NCBI GenBank assembly: GCA_047285305.1
Contig: JBJBDL010000003.1
Location: 288,001-352,000 of the forward strand
Direction of reading: 5' to 3'
DNA length: 64,000 bases
Source of the DNA: Synechococcus sp.
GTDB lineage: Bacteria > Cyanobacteriota > Cyanobacteriia > PCC-6307 > Cyanobiaceae
Below are positions 41,143 to 53,204 of this stretch, piece after piece. Positions within the stretch are counted from its first letter, which is position 1; each line of letters opens with the position of its first letter. Below the pieces are notes generated by a model. That model searched no databases. It was not told the DNA's origin and was given only the letters and a program-made list of their open reading frames with translations. The translations under genes and the position numbers were made by a program.

Positions 41143-42797
41143 TGTCTATTTGCTACTACTTTCATCCCGACGGTTATACAACTGCAGGCCGTCAAGTCAT
41201 GGGTCGTCATGTAGCTGGCGAGTCATTCTTAAAAGCTGCTCTAAAACATGGTTCGAAATCTGATCTTTGGATTCAGGTGGAGGATCAGAAGCACATAAAT
41301 ATCTTCAAATCAATTGCCAGATCATGCGGCAGACAAGAAACAATACATACAGTAAACCGTTCATCTTTGGGCAACCTATCTAAACCAGGATGCTTATACC
41401 TTCCGGGACCTAATATTGGCAGCTGGGCTAGGCATCGTTCACAATTCGGTGACAATAAATGGAGCCTTTGTGGAATCACGCACACTACAGCATCCACAAC
41501 AGCAATGGATGCAGTTACAGATATGCTCACAGCACCAATACATCCTTGGGATGCTTTGATATGCACGAGCCGTGCTGTACATAATAATGTTCGTCGTATT
41601 CTCGAAGCTAAAGCAGAATACTTAAGTCGAAGATTAGGCGCATCCAAATTTCCTCTACCAGAGCTACCCGTAATACCACTTGGCGTTGATGCTGATCATT
41701 TTAATCACTCAAAATCATTTACATTAGAGGCACGTCAGAAACTCAATATTGGGCCAGATGATGTTGTTGTATTATTTGTTGGCCGACTCGCTTTTCATGG
41801 AAAAGCTCATCCCTTAGTCATGTATCAGGCGCTTGAGAAAGCGTCATCTTATACTGGACAGAAAGTCGTCTTAATTGAGTGCGGATGGCACGCTAATACT
41901 TACATAGAGAAAGCCTTCGCAGATGCAGCAGCAGCAACCTGTCCCTCCGTACGTTGCATCTATTTAGATGGTAGAAATCCTAATCAACTTGCGCTCAGTT
42001 GGGCTAGTGCTGATCTCTTTTGCTCATTGTCCGACAACATTCAGGAGACCTTTGGAATTACGCCACTTGAAGCCATGGCGGCAGGTCTTCCTGTCGTTGT
42101 GAGTGACTGGGACGGCTATCGAGATACGGTGCGAGATGGCATAGATGGATTTCGCATCCCAACCTGCATGCCGCCTCCTGGCTACGGAAATGAGTTGGCA
42201 TCGCGCCACGCACTCGGTATCGATTCTTACGACATGTACTGTGCACTTACTTCTTCTTTAGTGGCTATTGATCTTGATTACACATCTCAGGCATTCATTA
42301 AGCTTATTTCCTCACGTGAGTTGCGAGAAAAAATGGGAGCCCATGGACGGCAGCGGGTCTTGGAGTTCTATGACTGGAAGGCGATTGTTCCTACATATGA
42401 AAGTCTTTGGTCAGAATTAAAAGCTCGTCGTGATTCTGATAAAGGGAGCTCATGCCAGCCCCATGGATGGCCATCACGTCTAGATCCTTTCTATGGATTT
42501 GCTTCTTACCCCACTAAAAAAATTCAATTAAACAGTCAAATCTATCTTTCTTACCCAGATAGTCATACTTCTATTCGACACTTCCGTCAACTCATTAAGC
42601 TAGATATGGTGAATTATGTTTCAGAACGCATGGCTTCACAGCAAAAGATTGAATCATTACTTTTATTGCTCGGGCAAAATTCAGCCTCGGCTGGATCGCT
42701 CATATCAGCAATCTGCGTGAATCCTGAAGAACAACACGATTTATTTCTTTCAATCGCATGGTTGGTCAAACTTGGTCTAATTAAGATCAAAAGATGA
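41142..42797 (+). CDS. GT4 family glycosyltransferase
   Basis: VIPLGVD, LFVGRL, QETFGITPLEAMAAGLPVVVSDWDGY; TAATG coupling. Confidence 0.9.
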   Translation: MSICYYFHPDGYTTAGRQVMGRHVAGESFLKAALKHGSKSDLWIQVEDQKHINIFKSIARSCGRQETIHTVNRSSLGNLSKPGCLYLPGPNIGSWARHRSQFGDNKWSLCGITHTTASTTAMDAVTDMLTAPIHPWDALICTSRAVHNNVRRILEAKAEYLSRRLGASKFPLPELPVIPLGVDADHFNHSKSFTLEARQKLNIGPDDVVVLFVGRLAFHGKAHPLVMYQALEKASSYTGQKVVLIECGWHANTYIEKAFADAAAATCPSVRCIYLDGRNPNQLALSWASADLFCSLSDNIQETFGITPLEAMAAGLPVVVSDWDGYRDTVRDGIDGFRIPTCMPPPGYGNELASRHALGIDSYDMYCALTSSLVAIDLDYTSQAFIKLISSRELREKMGAHGRQRVLEFYDWKAIVPTYESLWSELKARRDSDKGSSCQPHGWPSRLDPFYGFASYPTKKIQLNSQIYLSYPDSHTSIRHFRQLIKLDMVNYVSERMASQQKIESLLLLLGQNSASAGSLISAICVNPEEQHDLFLSIAWLVKLGLIKIKR

Positions 42798-43254
42798 CTT
42801 TTAAAATTTCTATTAGAATTCTACCGGCAAAAAGGAAGATCTATCCCTCTAATAATAAACTTTAAATCAATTCCCAAACATTAATTCTTCGCAACAAGAT
42901 ATTCTCGGCCAGGATTTCAGCACTTTGTTGATCCAAGTCTCACATATACACGTGCATAATTCTGCCAATCACCAGGTCGAGGTATGTGGTAGCGGGGGGG
43001 GGGACGACTTCAACATTAAAGCATCAAGTATAGTCATCCCAAATGCATGCATAACTTGATAAATTCCCACATTAGAATTTAATCGCGGCCCTGAACATCT
43101 GAGAGTTATAATATTTGCCGATTTTATTCGGACCTACACGCTGTATCTATGCCAAGAATTGCAATTCTGCATCACACTATTTGCTTGCCAACTGAACGCG
43201 GCAGCTAGAGCGAGTGATGCCTTAATCGTAGCTAAGTACGGTTCATCACGAGCT

Positions 43255-44430
43255 TCAATGAGGGTGATCGCAGCTATCCAATCTGCAAAGCAGTGCCTCA
43301 ATAATTCGAACATTCGCCGCGGGGAAAGCGTAATCACCTAAAGCTTCCGGACGAACCCATCGCACCTGCTGACTGGCGAGAGGCTTTGGCTCACCCGAAA
43401 TAAGATCGCAAATATGCACCACAAACCTCAGCCTCTTGTGACTATATGCATGATCTAAGGTAATAAGTTCAACACCGACTTTTACATCAATACCAAGTTC
43501 CTCCTTCAACTCTCGAACAATACAGATTTGGATCGTTTCACCATGCTCTTGTTTGCCACCGGGGAACTCCCACATTCCACCTAGAAGACCTTCCTCAAGA
43601 CGCTGATCGATCAACACCTCTCCCTCAGTGTTAAGTACAACACCCACACCGATGACCTGAAAGGGCAGGGCCTTGGGGGAGTCCGTCACAGGCCAAGAGC
43701 AGGGATCTGAGTAAGCGTAGGCAGCACAGTGCAGCTGCCAGGGGCAGCGATCGCAGGAGGGAGATCGAGAAGTGCAAATCGTCGCTCCCAGATCCATCAA
43801 GGCCTGATTGAAATCGCGAGGCCGAAGCGGATCAAGCAACGCCTCACTCCAGCACCAGAACAGACCTTCATCGCGGGCCGGCGGGCGCGGATGAGCCGTC
43901 AATCGCGCCAACACTCGTTTGACGTTGCCATCCAAGATCGGCTGCCGGGCGTTGAAGGCACTTGAGAGAATGCTGCCAGCAGTGGTGCGTCCGATGCCCG
44001 GCAACGCCATCCACTCCTCCAAGGTGCGGGGCCACGGCCCACCGACCAGCAGCTGGGCCGCCTGATGCAACCGACGGGCCCGCGCGTAGTAGCCAAGGCC
44101 CTGCCACTGCATCCGTACCTCGTCCAAAGACGCCGAGGCCAGCACCTCCAGGGTGGGAAACGTCTCCATCCAACGGGTCCAGTAGGGGAGCGCCACGACC
44201 AACTGAGTCTGCTGGAGCATCACCTCAGCAATCCAAATGCCGTAGGGATCAAGCTCGTGATCAGCCGCTGGACACACACCACCAGGCAACTGCTTCCAGG
44301 GGATACCGCTGCGGCCATGGCTCTCCCACCAAGCCAATAAGGCTGTCGAAAGAACGGATCTATGGGTCTCTGTAAACACGTCAATGAGTTCGCGATTGGT
44401 ATCAGTACAGATCCCGGTGAAACGCGTCAA
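43255..44430 (-). CDS. mutY: A/G-specific adenine glycosylase MutY with C-terminal Nudix (MutT-like) domain
   Basis: WIAEVMLQQTQ, WQGLGYYARAR, LPGIGRTTAG, DGNVKRV, C-x6-C-x2-C-x5-C, Nudix box GGKQEHGE..RELKEELG; start uncertain. Confidence 0.93.
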   Translation of the reverse strand: MTRFTGICTDTNRELIDVFTETHRSVLSTALLAWWESHGRSGIPWKQLPGGVCPAADHELDPYGIWIAEVMLQQTQLVVALPYWTRWMETFPTLEVLASASLDEVRMQWQGLGYYARARRLHQAAQLLVGGPWPRTLEEWMALPGIGRTTAGSILSSAFNARQPILDGNVKRVLARLTAHPRPPARDEGLFWCWSEALLDPLRPRDFNQALMDLGATICTSRSPSCDRCPWQLHCAAYAYSDPCSWPVTDSPKALPFQVIGVGVVLNTEGEVLIDQRLEEGLLGGMWEFPGGKQEHGETIQICIVRELKEELGIDVKVGVELITLDHAYSHKRLRFVVHICDLISGEPKPLASQQVRWVRPEALGDYAFPAANVRIIEALLCRLDSCDHPH

Positions 44431-44477
44431 TTCACGTGATTGGCTCGCCAGGATGCACCGGTACAGCAAGCCAAGGC

Positions 44478-45398
44478 ATGAACCCGAGCCAGTACCTCTG
44501 GAGCTGGAACGAACGATCCATTGGCTGGAGTCTGATGGGCGATCCCAATGCCGAACAGGCAGTGCTGCTTATCCATGGCTTCGGAGCCAACACGAACCAC
44601 TGGCGCTTCAATCATCCCGTGCTCGCCGAACTGCTGCCCACGTACGCCATCGATCTTCTCGGCTTCGGTCGCAGCGATCAGCCCCGGGCTCGCTTGAAGG
44701 ATGAACCCGTTACAGCGGATGCCGTTCATTACGGCTTTGATCTGTGGGGCCAACAGGTAGCTGACTTCTGCGATGCGGTGGTGCAACGGCCCGTGCTGTT
44801 GGTAGGCAACTCGATCGGCGGGGTTGTCGCCCTGCGAGCAGCCCAACTGCTGGGAGAGCGCTGCCATGGCGTGGCGCTGATCGACTGCGCTCAGCGCTTG
44901 ATGGACGACAAGCAACTGGCCACACAACCTTCCTGGATGGCCTGGATCCGGCCGTTGCTGAAAGCGATGGTGCGGCAACGCTGGTTGAGCACGGCACTAT
45001 TCCGAAATGCCGCCCGCCCGGGCGTGATCCGCAACGTGCTGAAGCAGGCCTACCCCAGTGGCGCCAACATCGACGAGGACCTGGTAGATCTGCTGTTCCA
45101 ACCCACACAACGCGAAGGTGCCACTGAAGCCTTCCGTGGCTTCATCAACCTTTTCGACGACCACCTGGCCCCACAACTGATGGAAAACTTGGCTGTACCC
45201 GTCGATCTGATCTGGGGTGAAAGAGATCCCTGGGAGCCAGTCGAAGAGGCCAAGCGATGGGCCGAGACACTGAACTGCGTTCAATCACTTTCAGTAATTC
45301 ACAACGCGGGGCACTGTCCGCATGACGAAGCACCAGATCAGGTGAATCCAGTGCTGCAACAGCTGATTAAGGCAACTGCAACTCAGCAGGCGACATAA
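44478..45398 (+). CDS. Alpha/beta fold hydrolase
   Basis: LLIHGFGA, DLLGFGRS, GNSIGG nucleophile elbow, GHCPHDE. Confidence 0.92.
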   Translation: MNPSQYLWSWNERSIGWSLMGDPNAEQAVLLIHGFGANTNHWRFNHPVLAELLPTYAIDLLGFGRSDQPRARLKDEPVTADAVHYGFDLWGQQVADFCDAVVQRPVLLVGNSIGGVVALRAAQLLGERCHGVALIDCAQRLMDDKQLATQPSWMAWIRPLLKAMVRQRWLSTALFRNAARPGVIRNVLKQAYPSGANIDEDLVDLLFQPTQREGATEAFRGFINLFDDHLAPQLMENLAVPVDLIWGERDPWEPVEEAKRWAETLNCVQSLSVIHNAGHCPHDEAPDQVNPVLQQLIKATATQQAT

Positions 45399-46390
45399 GC
45401 CTCGACCTGATCACTAACCCGGCGCAGACCAGCCAGACCATCCCGCTCAAGGTTGCGAACGCGGTCACGGCTCATCCCCAGAATCCGGCCAATGCCGGTG
45501 AGGCTCATCGGATCTTCACCATCCATGCCGTAACGCATCCGAAGCACCTGCTCCTGCAAATGAGGCAACTGCCCCAAGAGGCTCCTCAGATCACCCTTAA
45601 GGCAATCTTCTTCCACCTGATCGCTGGGAAGGTCACCATCGCCGGAGAGCAATTCAAGTAGTTCGGTGTCATCACCATCGCCAACTTTCATCTCCAGACT
45701 TACAGGCTGGCGGGCCCGGCACATCAGATCCTTGACGTCGTCTTCCGGAAGCTCAACAAATTCAGCAAGCTCGGTAACAGTGGGCGTACGTCCAAGCTCC
45801 TGACTTAGCTCCCGTTGGCCTTTCTTGAGCTTGTTCAGCATCTCCGTGATGTGAATCGGCAAACGGATCGTCCGGCTCTTCTCGGCAATAGCCCGAGTGA
45901 TGCCCTGGCGAATCCACCAGTAGGCATAGGTGGAAAACTTGTAGCCGCGGGTGGGATCGAACTTTTCCACACCACGTACCAGGCCGATAGTGCCCTCCTG
46001 GATCAGATCCAGAAGTTCCATATTGCGCTTGGTGTACTTCTTGGCAACGCTCACCACCAACCTAAGATTGGCCGCCACCATTCGCTCTTTAGCGCGACGG
46101 CCGTGCTGCAGCTTTCGCTTAAGCTGCATTGACGAAAGACCTGTGGCCTTGGCCAACTGGTCACGACTGGGCTTTTCACCCGTTTTGCTCTCAAGTTCAG
46201 ACGTGAGCGACTCCAAATCCATCAACTCCTGCACCTGCCGGCCCAGGGTGATCTCCTGCTCGTGGGTCAGCAGCGGGACACGGCCGATGTCGCGCAGGTA
46301 AGACCGGACCAGATCAACGTCAGCCGTAGCGGTCTTTGCCGTCTTTGCAGGAGCTTTGGGCTTGGAAGCAGCGGTCGCAGCCGGGGCCAT
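45383..46390 (-). CDS. RNA polymerase sigma factor, RpoD family group 2
   Basis: DLVRSYLRDIGRVPLL, ANLRLVVSVAKKY, DLIQEG, KFSTYAYWWIRQ; lacks region 1.1. Confidence 0.93.
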   Translation of the reverse strand: MAPAATAASKPKAPAKTAKTATADVDLVRSYLRDIGRVPLLTHEQEITLGRQVQELMDLESLTSELESKTGEKPSRDQLAKATGLSSMQLKRKLQHGRRAKERMVAANLRLVVSVAKKYTKRNMELLDLIQEGTIGLVRGVEKFDPTRGYKFSTYAYWWIRQGITRAIAEKSRTIRLPIHITEMLNKLKKGQRELSQELGRTPTVTELAEFVELPEDDVKDLMCRARQPVSLEMKVGDGDDTELLELLSGDGDLPSDQVEEDCLKGDLRSLLGQLPHLQEQVLRMRYGMDGEDPMSLTGIGRILGMSRDRVRNLERDGLAGLRRVSDQVEAYVAC

Positions 46391-46444
46391 GGAGTGCTTC
46401 TTTGAGTTATGTAAAGCGTACTCCTAAGAAACGTAAACAGACTC

Positions 46445-47905
46445 TCAGAAAATGCCCAGAACAAAGAAATGGGTAGAAATACTTGTGGGCTGCATCAGCT
46501 GCGGCAGGTTGCCCAGCAACCACCCCGCCGTCTTCAGGTATATCAGCGTGCCCGCAACATCCGTACAGGTGGTAATGAAAGGGGTGGACATCAGCGCTGG
46601 ATCCAGACCCATGCGGTCAAAAAGCAGCGGAAACGCTGCACCCGCCGTGGCCGCCAGGGTGGTAATCGCCAGCAGGCTCATCCCCACCGAGAGGCCCACC
46701 AAAGCACTCTCCCCGCGCCACCAGGCGAAGGGAACCACCAGCAGCATCATCAACACCCCCAGCAAAGCCCCGGCCATGGCTTCGCGGCCAATCGCCCGCA
46801 GGGGTCCAAGGCTTGAGATGCTCTGGGTGCTCAAACCACGGATCACCACCGTGGAGCTCTGGGCCCCCACGTTGCCGCCGGTGCCACCGAGCAAGGGAAT
46901 AAACGCCGCCAACAGCACCACCTGCTGCAGTACGCCTTCATTGGCGGCGATCACCTCTGAGGTAAAAAAGCTGGCCAGAACCAGCACCGCCAGCCACACC
47001 ACACGGCGACGAGCAACGGTGAACAGGTTGCTGCTGAAGTAATCGTCGTCATCACCGGCCTGAACAGCTCCGGCGGCATAGAGATCACGAGTGGCCTCCT
47101 GCTCGATCACATCGATCACGTCATCCACGGTGACGATCCCCACGAGACGCTGTTCCAGATCCACCACGGGAACGGCAAGGAAGTCGTAACGCTGGATTGT
47201 GCGAGCCACCTTCTCCTGATCGGTGTCGGTGCTGACGCTGAGAACCTCCTCAGTCATCACATCACCGATGCGGGCCTGAGGGTCTGCTGTGACCAGATCC
47301 CGCAGCGAGAGGATGCCAGTGAGGCGTCGCTCCGCATCAGTGATGTAGAGCGAATAGATCGTCTCGGTGTCGCGGGCACGCCGCCGAACGATCTCCAACG
47401 CCACTGCGGCGGTCTGATTTTCCTTCAAGGCGATGTACTCGGTCGTCATCAGGCGACCGGCCGTCTCCGAGCGGTAACCCAGCAACTCAGCGGTCACCTT
47501 TCGCTCATCGGGGCTGAGCTCGCTCAGCAGCTGCCGCACCACCTTGGCAGGCAGCTCCTCAAAAAGACGTGCCCGATCATCCGGCGACATCTCCTCAACC
47601 ACCTCCCGCATCTCGCCGGAACGCAGCAAGCTCAGCAGGCTCTGCTGGGTAGCAGTGTCGAGATATTCGTAGACGCTGATGGCCTCGTCTTTGCTGAGCA
47701 GGCGAAAGGCAATCGCCTGCAGGCTGGCCTGAAGACTGCCGATCGCCTCGGCGATATCCACCGGCTGCACCGGTTTCAGCAGGAGTTTCACGGCGTCGTA
47801 ATTACCCGCCTGAAGCATCGCGGCGAGCTCATGGGACACCGCCTCGGCCAGAAAATCCGGCTCCACGCTCACGCCAGCATTGCTCAGCCCCGATGCCTCC
47901 GTCAT
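46445..47905 (-). CDS. mgtE: Magnesium transporter MgtE
   Basis: TAGRLMTTEY, CBS pair, GIVTVDD, GGNVGAQS, DPALMSTPFITT. Confidence 0.95.
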   Translation of the reverse strand: MTEASGLSNAGVSVEPDFLAEAVSHELAAMLQAGNYDAVKLLLKPVQPVDIAEAIGSLQASLQAIAFRLLSKDEAISVYEYLDTATQQSLLSLLRSGEMREVVEEMSPDDRARLFEELPAKVVRQLLSELSPDERKVTAELLGYRSETAGRLMTTEYIALKENQTAAVALEIVRRRARDTETIYSLYITDAERRLTGILSLRDLVTADPQARIGDVMTEEVLSVSTDTDQEKVARTIQRYDFLAVPVVDLEQRLVGIVTVDDVIDVIEQEATRDLYAAGAVQAGDDDDYFSSNLFTVARRRVVWLAVLVLASFFTSEVIAANEGVLQQVVLLAAFIPLLGGTGGNVGAQSSTVVIRGLSTQSISSLGPLRAIGREAMAGALLGVLMMLLVVPFAWWRGESALVGLSVGMSLLAITTLAATAGAAFPLLFDRMGLDPALMSTPFITTCTDVAGTLIYLKTAGWLLGNLPQLMQPTSISTHFFVLGIF

Positions 47906-47977
47906 GCCCCTCCGGCCGGGTGCCCAGTGTATGGCCGATACAGCCGGTTAACCTCTGCGCTCCACCCCTGTTAAACC

Positions 47978-48451
47978 ATGGCGATAAGCGTCAGTGGCGT
48001 CTCCGTCACCACCCCAGACGGCAGCAGCAAATCCCTAGGCGACTACGCCGGCAAGGTGCTGCTGATCGTGAACGTGGCCAGCCGCTGTGGCTTCACCAAG
48101 CAGTACGCAGGTCTGCAGGCCCTAAACGAGGCCTACGCCGCCAAGGGCCTGGCAGTGCTGGGTTTCCCCTGCAACGACTTCGGCGGCCAGGAGCCCGGCA
48201 CCCTGGACGAAATCAAGAGTTTCTGCTCCACCACCTACAGCGCTGACTTCGAACTCTTCGAGAAGGTGCATGCCAAGGGGAGCACCACTGAGCCATACAC
48301 CACGCTCAATCAGATGCATCCCGCTGGTGACGTGGAGTGGAACTTCGAGAAGTTCCTGGTGGGCAAGGACGGCACAGTGATCGCCCGCTTCAAGAGCAGC
48401 GTCACCCCAGAAGACCTCAAGACGGCGATTGAGGCGGCTCTGGCGGCTTGA
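47978..48451 (+). CDS. gpx: Glutathione peroxidase (Cys-type)
   Basis: NVASRCGFT, LGFPCNDFGGQEPG, WNFEKFL. Confidence 0.95.
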   Translation: MAISVSGVSVTTPDGSSKSLGDYAGKVLLIVNVASRCGFTKQYAGLQALNEAYAAKGLAVLGFPCNDFGGQEPGTLDEIKSFCSTTYSADFELFEKVHAKGSTTEPYTTLNQMHPAGDVEWNFEKFLVGKDGTVIARFKSSVTPEDLKTAIEAALAA

Positions 48452-48815
48452 ACCGTCGCCCAAGGCTGAATCCCAGGGCTGCGGCACCCAATCCCAGCCC
48501 AAGGGTCAGCCCAATCAAACCCAATGCGGCGGCCCAATCACCGGAACTCAGGTGCTGCATTGCCGCCAGCATCCAACTGCTGAAGGTAGTGAGTGAGCCG
48601 CAGAAGCCAATCCCTAGCAGCAACTGTCGCCGTGGGGCGGCCGGGAGCCCTGCCAGCAAGCCCAACAGAGCAGCCCCAAGAACGTTCACCAGCAGGTTCT
48701 GATCCCCCAGATGCAGGGCAAGCTGCCAGCGCAACAGCGCTCCGGGCACGGCGCCCAAACCAACAAGCAGCAGCTCCTGCAGTTCCAATCGCAAGCTGGG
48801 TTTGGTGTCAGGCAT
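48417..48815 (-). CDS. crcB: Fluoride efflux channel CrcB/FluC
   Basis: [24 protein letters not shown]. Confidence 0.88.
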   Translation of the reverse strand: MPDTKPSLRLELQELLLVGLGAVPGALLRWQLALHLGDQNLLVNVLGAALLGLLAGLPAAPRRQLLLGIGFCGSLTTFSSWMLAAMQHLSSGDWAAALGLIGLTLGLGLGAAALGFSLGRRFKPPEPPQSPS

Positions 48816-49188
48816 AGGTCCCCAGTCCATAACCCACAGCTGAAGCCAGTAAGCCCACTCCGATCGAGGCCAGCGCCAGCACCAATGCCGTCAAGGTCTG
48901 GCCAGCCCGCAACTCGTTCAGCAGCTCCACGGCGAAAGTGGAAAAAGTGCTGAGGCTGCCGAAAAAGCCCACCCCAATCAGCAATGCCATGCCTGTGCGG
49001 TCGGCACATGTTTCATTCAGAGCCAACAACAGCCCGAACGCAAAACAGGCCAGCACATTCACCAGGAAGGTGCCCCAATGCTTCTTTGGAACCAAAGGTT
49101 GGAAGTGGTTCACCACCTTCAAGCGCAACCAGGCCCCGGGGATTGCCCCGAGCCCAACCAGGAAAGCCTCAGACGCGGAGCCAGCCAC
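48808..49188 (-). CDS. crcB: Fluoride efflux channel CrcB/FluC
   Basis: [27 protein letters not shown]. Confidence 0.9.
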   Translation of the reverse strand: MAGSASEAFLVGLGAIPGAWLRLKVVNHFQPLVPKKHWGTFLVNVLACFAFGLLLALNETCADRTGMALLIGVGFFGSLSTFSTFAVELLNELRAGQTLTALVLALASIGVGLLASAVGYGLGTYA

Positions 49189-49473
49189 GGCGTTGATCTC
49201 CAGAAAGGGTTTTCACGTACAACCAGTCTTGGCCATCAGCGGAAGACCAACGCCGCAGCAGCCGCAGGGAGGATCCCGCCTTCAGGGTGTGCAGCCGTGG
49301 AGCCACGGCCAGAGGACTGAGGTGCAGAGGCTGATCGGAACTGATGTGCAAGGGCCCGGTCCCCTCACGGCGGCGGGGGTGCGGTTGACGCCAATCAGCA
49401 CCACCAGCTGGCAAGGCGGCAGGGGCAATCAGCGACACCCCCAGCAGCCAACTCCACCGAAGAACAAGCCCCA

Positions 49474-49474
<1 letters not shown>
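49169..49474 (-). CDS. Small exported SH3-like domain protein
   Basis: Signal-like N-terminus [13 protein letters not shown]-terminal DWLYV..RRGWL; TGATG coupling to gyrB. Confidence 0.6.
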
Positions 49475-51441
<1,967 letters not shown>

Positions 51442-51593
51442 TCAGAAAGTCTCAAGCCAGGAAACCGGGTCATGGGCGGGCGCAACGGCTCTAAACCTCG
51501 ACCTGACAATGTCAATTTACCACCGGCTGTCTATAGAGGCTTGCAGAGACCTCTCAGAGCCCATTCCAAGCCGGGCTGCACCCCCTCACCCTT

Positions 51594-52493
51594 TTGAACA
51601 GCTCCCATCCCCTGGTGATCACCCTGCTCGGGCCCACCGCCAGCGGCAAAACCGCACTGGCGCTGGACATCGCCGAACGGCTGGATCTGCCCGTGATCAA
51701 CGTGGATTCCCGCCAGCTTTACAAGGAGATGGACCTAGGCACCGCCAAGCCAACGGCAGAGCAGCAGGCCCGGGTGCCGCACCACCTCCTCGATCTGCGC
51801 CCACCGGACCAACAGATCACCCTGCAGGAGTTCCAGGCGGAAGCCAATCCCTGCATCTCCCGTGAACTGGAGCAGCGGGGTGTCGCCCTGCTTGTGGGCG
51901 GCAGCGGTCTCTACCTCAAAGCGCTCACCGGTGGCCTCCAACCTCCGGCAGTAGCCCCCCAGCCACAACTACGCCTGCAGCTGTCGGCCCTAGGCCAAGG
52001 CATCTGCCACCCCCTGTTGCAGGCTGCCGACCCCGAGGCCGCCGCCAAAATCGCCCCTGCTGACGCGGTGCGCACTCAGCGGGCCTTGGAGGTGTTCTAC
52101 GCCTCCGGGCAACCAATGAGCCGTCAGGCCACGGCCACCCCTCCGCCCTGGCGTGTGCTTGAACTGGGCCTCAACCCCGCCACCCTGCGCCAGCGCATCC
52201 AGCAACGCACCGAGCAGCTTTACGGCGATGGGCTGGTGAACGAGACCCGGCGCCTGAGCGAGCGATACGGCGCTGACCTGCCGCTGCTGCAGACCATCGG
52301 CTACGGCGAAGCGCTGCAGGTGATCGGCGGCAGCCTGAGCACTGCAGATGCAGTGAGGATCACCAGCCAACGCACCCGCCAGTTCGCCAAACGCCAACGC
52401 ACCTGGTTCCGTCGTCAGCACAACCCCCACTGGCTGGCCGACGAGGCAACGCTGACGGATGCCATGACGTTGATCGAGCAACATCTAAGGTGA
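51594..52493 (+). CDS. miaA: tRNA dimethylallyltransferase
   Basis: [35 protein letters not shown]. Confidence 0.97.
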   Translation: MNSSHPLVITLLGPTASGKTALALDIAERLDLPVINVDSRQLYKEMDLGTAKPTAEQQARVPHHLLDLRPPDQQITLQEFQAEANPCISRELEQRGVALLVGGSGLYLKALTGGLQPPAVAPQPQLRLQLSALGQGICHPLLQAADPEAAAKIAPADAVRTQRALEVFYASGQPMSRQATATPPPWRVLELGLNPATLRQRIQQRTEQLYGDGLVNETRRLSERYGADLPLLQTIGYGEALQVIGGSLSTADAVRITSQRTRQFAKRQRTWFRRQHNPHWLADEATLTDAMTLIEQHLR

Positions 52494-52550
52494 AGGATGC
52501 AGACGTTGTATTCAGCGAAGTTGTCTGCATCTGTCCCCGTCACCGCCTGA

Positions 52551-53204
52551 ATGCCCCCACGTCCCCGTTTTGACCGTCGTGCCCCGGTTCGGGAGCTGCC
52601 CAACATCAATGACCGGATCAACTACCCCCAGTTACGGGTGGTCGACTCAGACGGCGCTCAGCTGGGCGTTATCAGCCGCGAAGAAGCACTGGATGTGGCC
52701 CGCGACCGGGAACTAGATCTAGTGCTGGTGAGCGAGAAGGCTGATCCACCGGTCTGCCGGATCATGGACTACGGCAAGTTCAAGTTCGAGCAGGAAAAAA
52801 AAGCTAAAGAGGCCAAGAAGAAGTCGCACCAGACCGAAGTTAAAGAGGTCAAAATGCGCTACAAGATCGACCAGCACGATTACGACGTGCGGATCGGTCA
52901 GGCCAAACGCTTTCTCAAGGCGGGCGACAAGGTGAAGTGCACCGTGATCTTCCGCGGCCGTGAGATTCAGCACACCGCGCTGGCCGAAACCCTGCTGCGG
53001 CGTATGGCTAAAGATCTCGAGGAAAAGGCCGAGATCCAGCAGGCGCCCAAGCGAGAAGGCCGCAACATGATCATGTTCCTCACACCGCGCAAAACGCCGC
53101 TGGTGAAGAAAGAGGAAAAGGAGCAGGCCGCCAACAAGGCCGTGCGCACCATCCCCTCACCGCCAAAGCCCACCGCCGCCAAGGTCGCCAGTTCCCAGGG
53201 CTAA
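52551..53204 (+). CDS. infC: Translation initiation factor IF-3
   Basis: [32 protein letters not shown]. Confidence 0.97.
   Translation: MPPRPRFDRRAPVRELPNINDRINYPQLRVVDSDGAQLGVISREEALDVARDRELDLVLVSEKADPPVCRIMDYGKFKFEQEKKAKEAKKKSHQTEVKEVKMRYKIDQHDYDVRIGQAKRFLKAGDKVKCTVIFRGREIQHTALAETLLRRMAKDLEEKAEIQQAPKREGRNMIMFLTPRKTPLVKKEEKEQAANKAVRTIPSPPKPTAAKVASSQG

Larger units (their letters stand above)
19253..43254. other. AT-rich genomic island: surface protein export and glycosylation
   Basis: Abrupt, sustained drop in GC between core genes (PfkB kinase, mutY); contents are glycosyltransferases, T1SS and an RTX protein; no integrase or tRNA seen. Confidence 0.85.

Noticed and set aside
19253..43254. 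Prophage, ICE or transposon origin of the island
   Set aside because: No integrase, transposase, phage gene, tRNA target or flanking direct repeat was seen
47978..48451. Selenocysteine-type glutathione peroxidase
   Set aside because: The active-site codon is TGT (Cys); no in-frame TGA
48417..49188. Tandem crcB pair as a novelty
   Set aside because: Paired Fluc genes forming heterodimers are common
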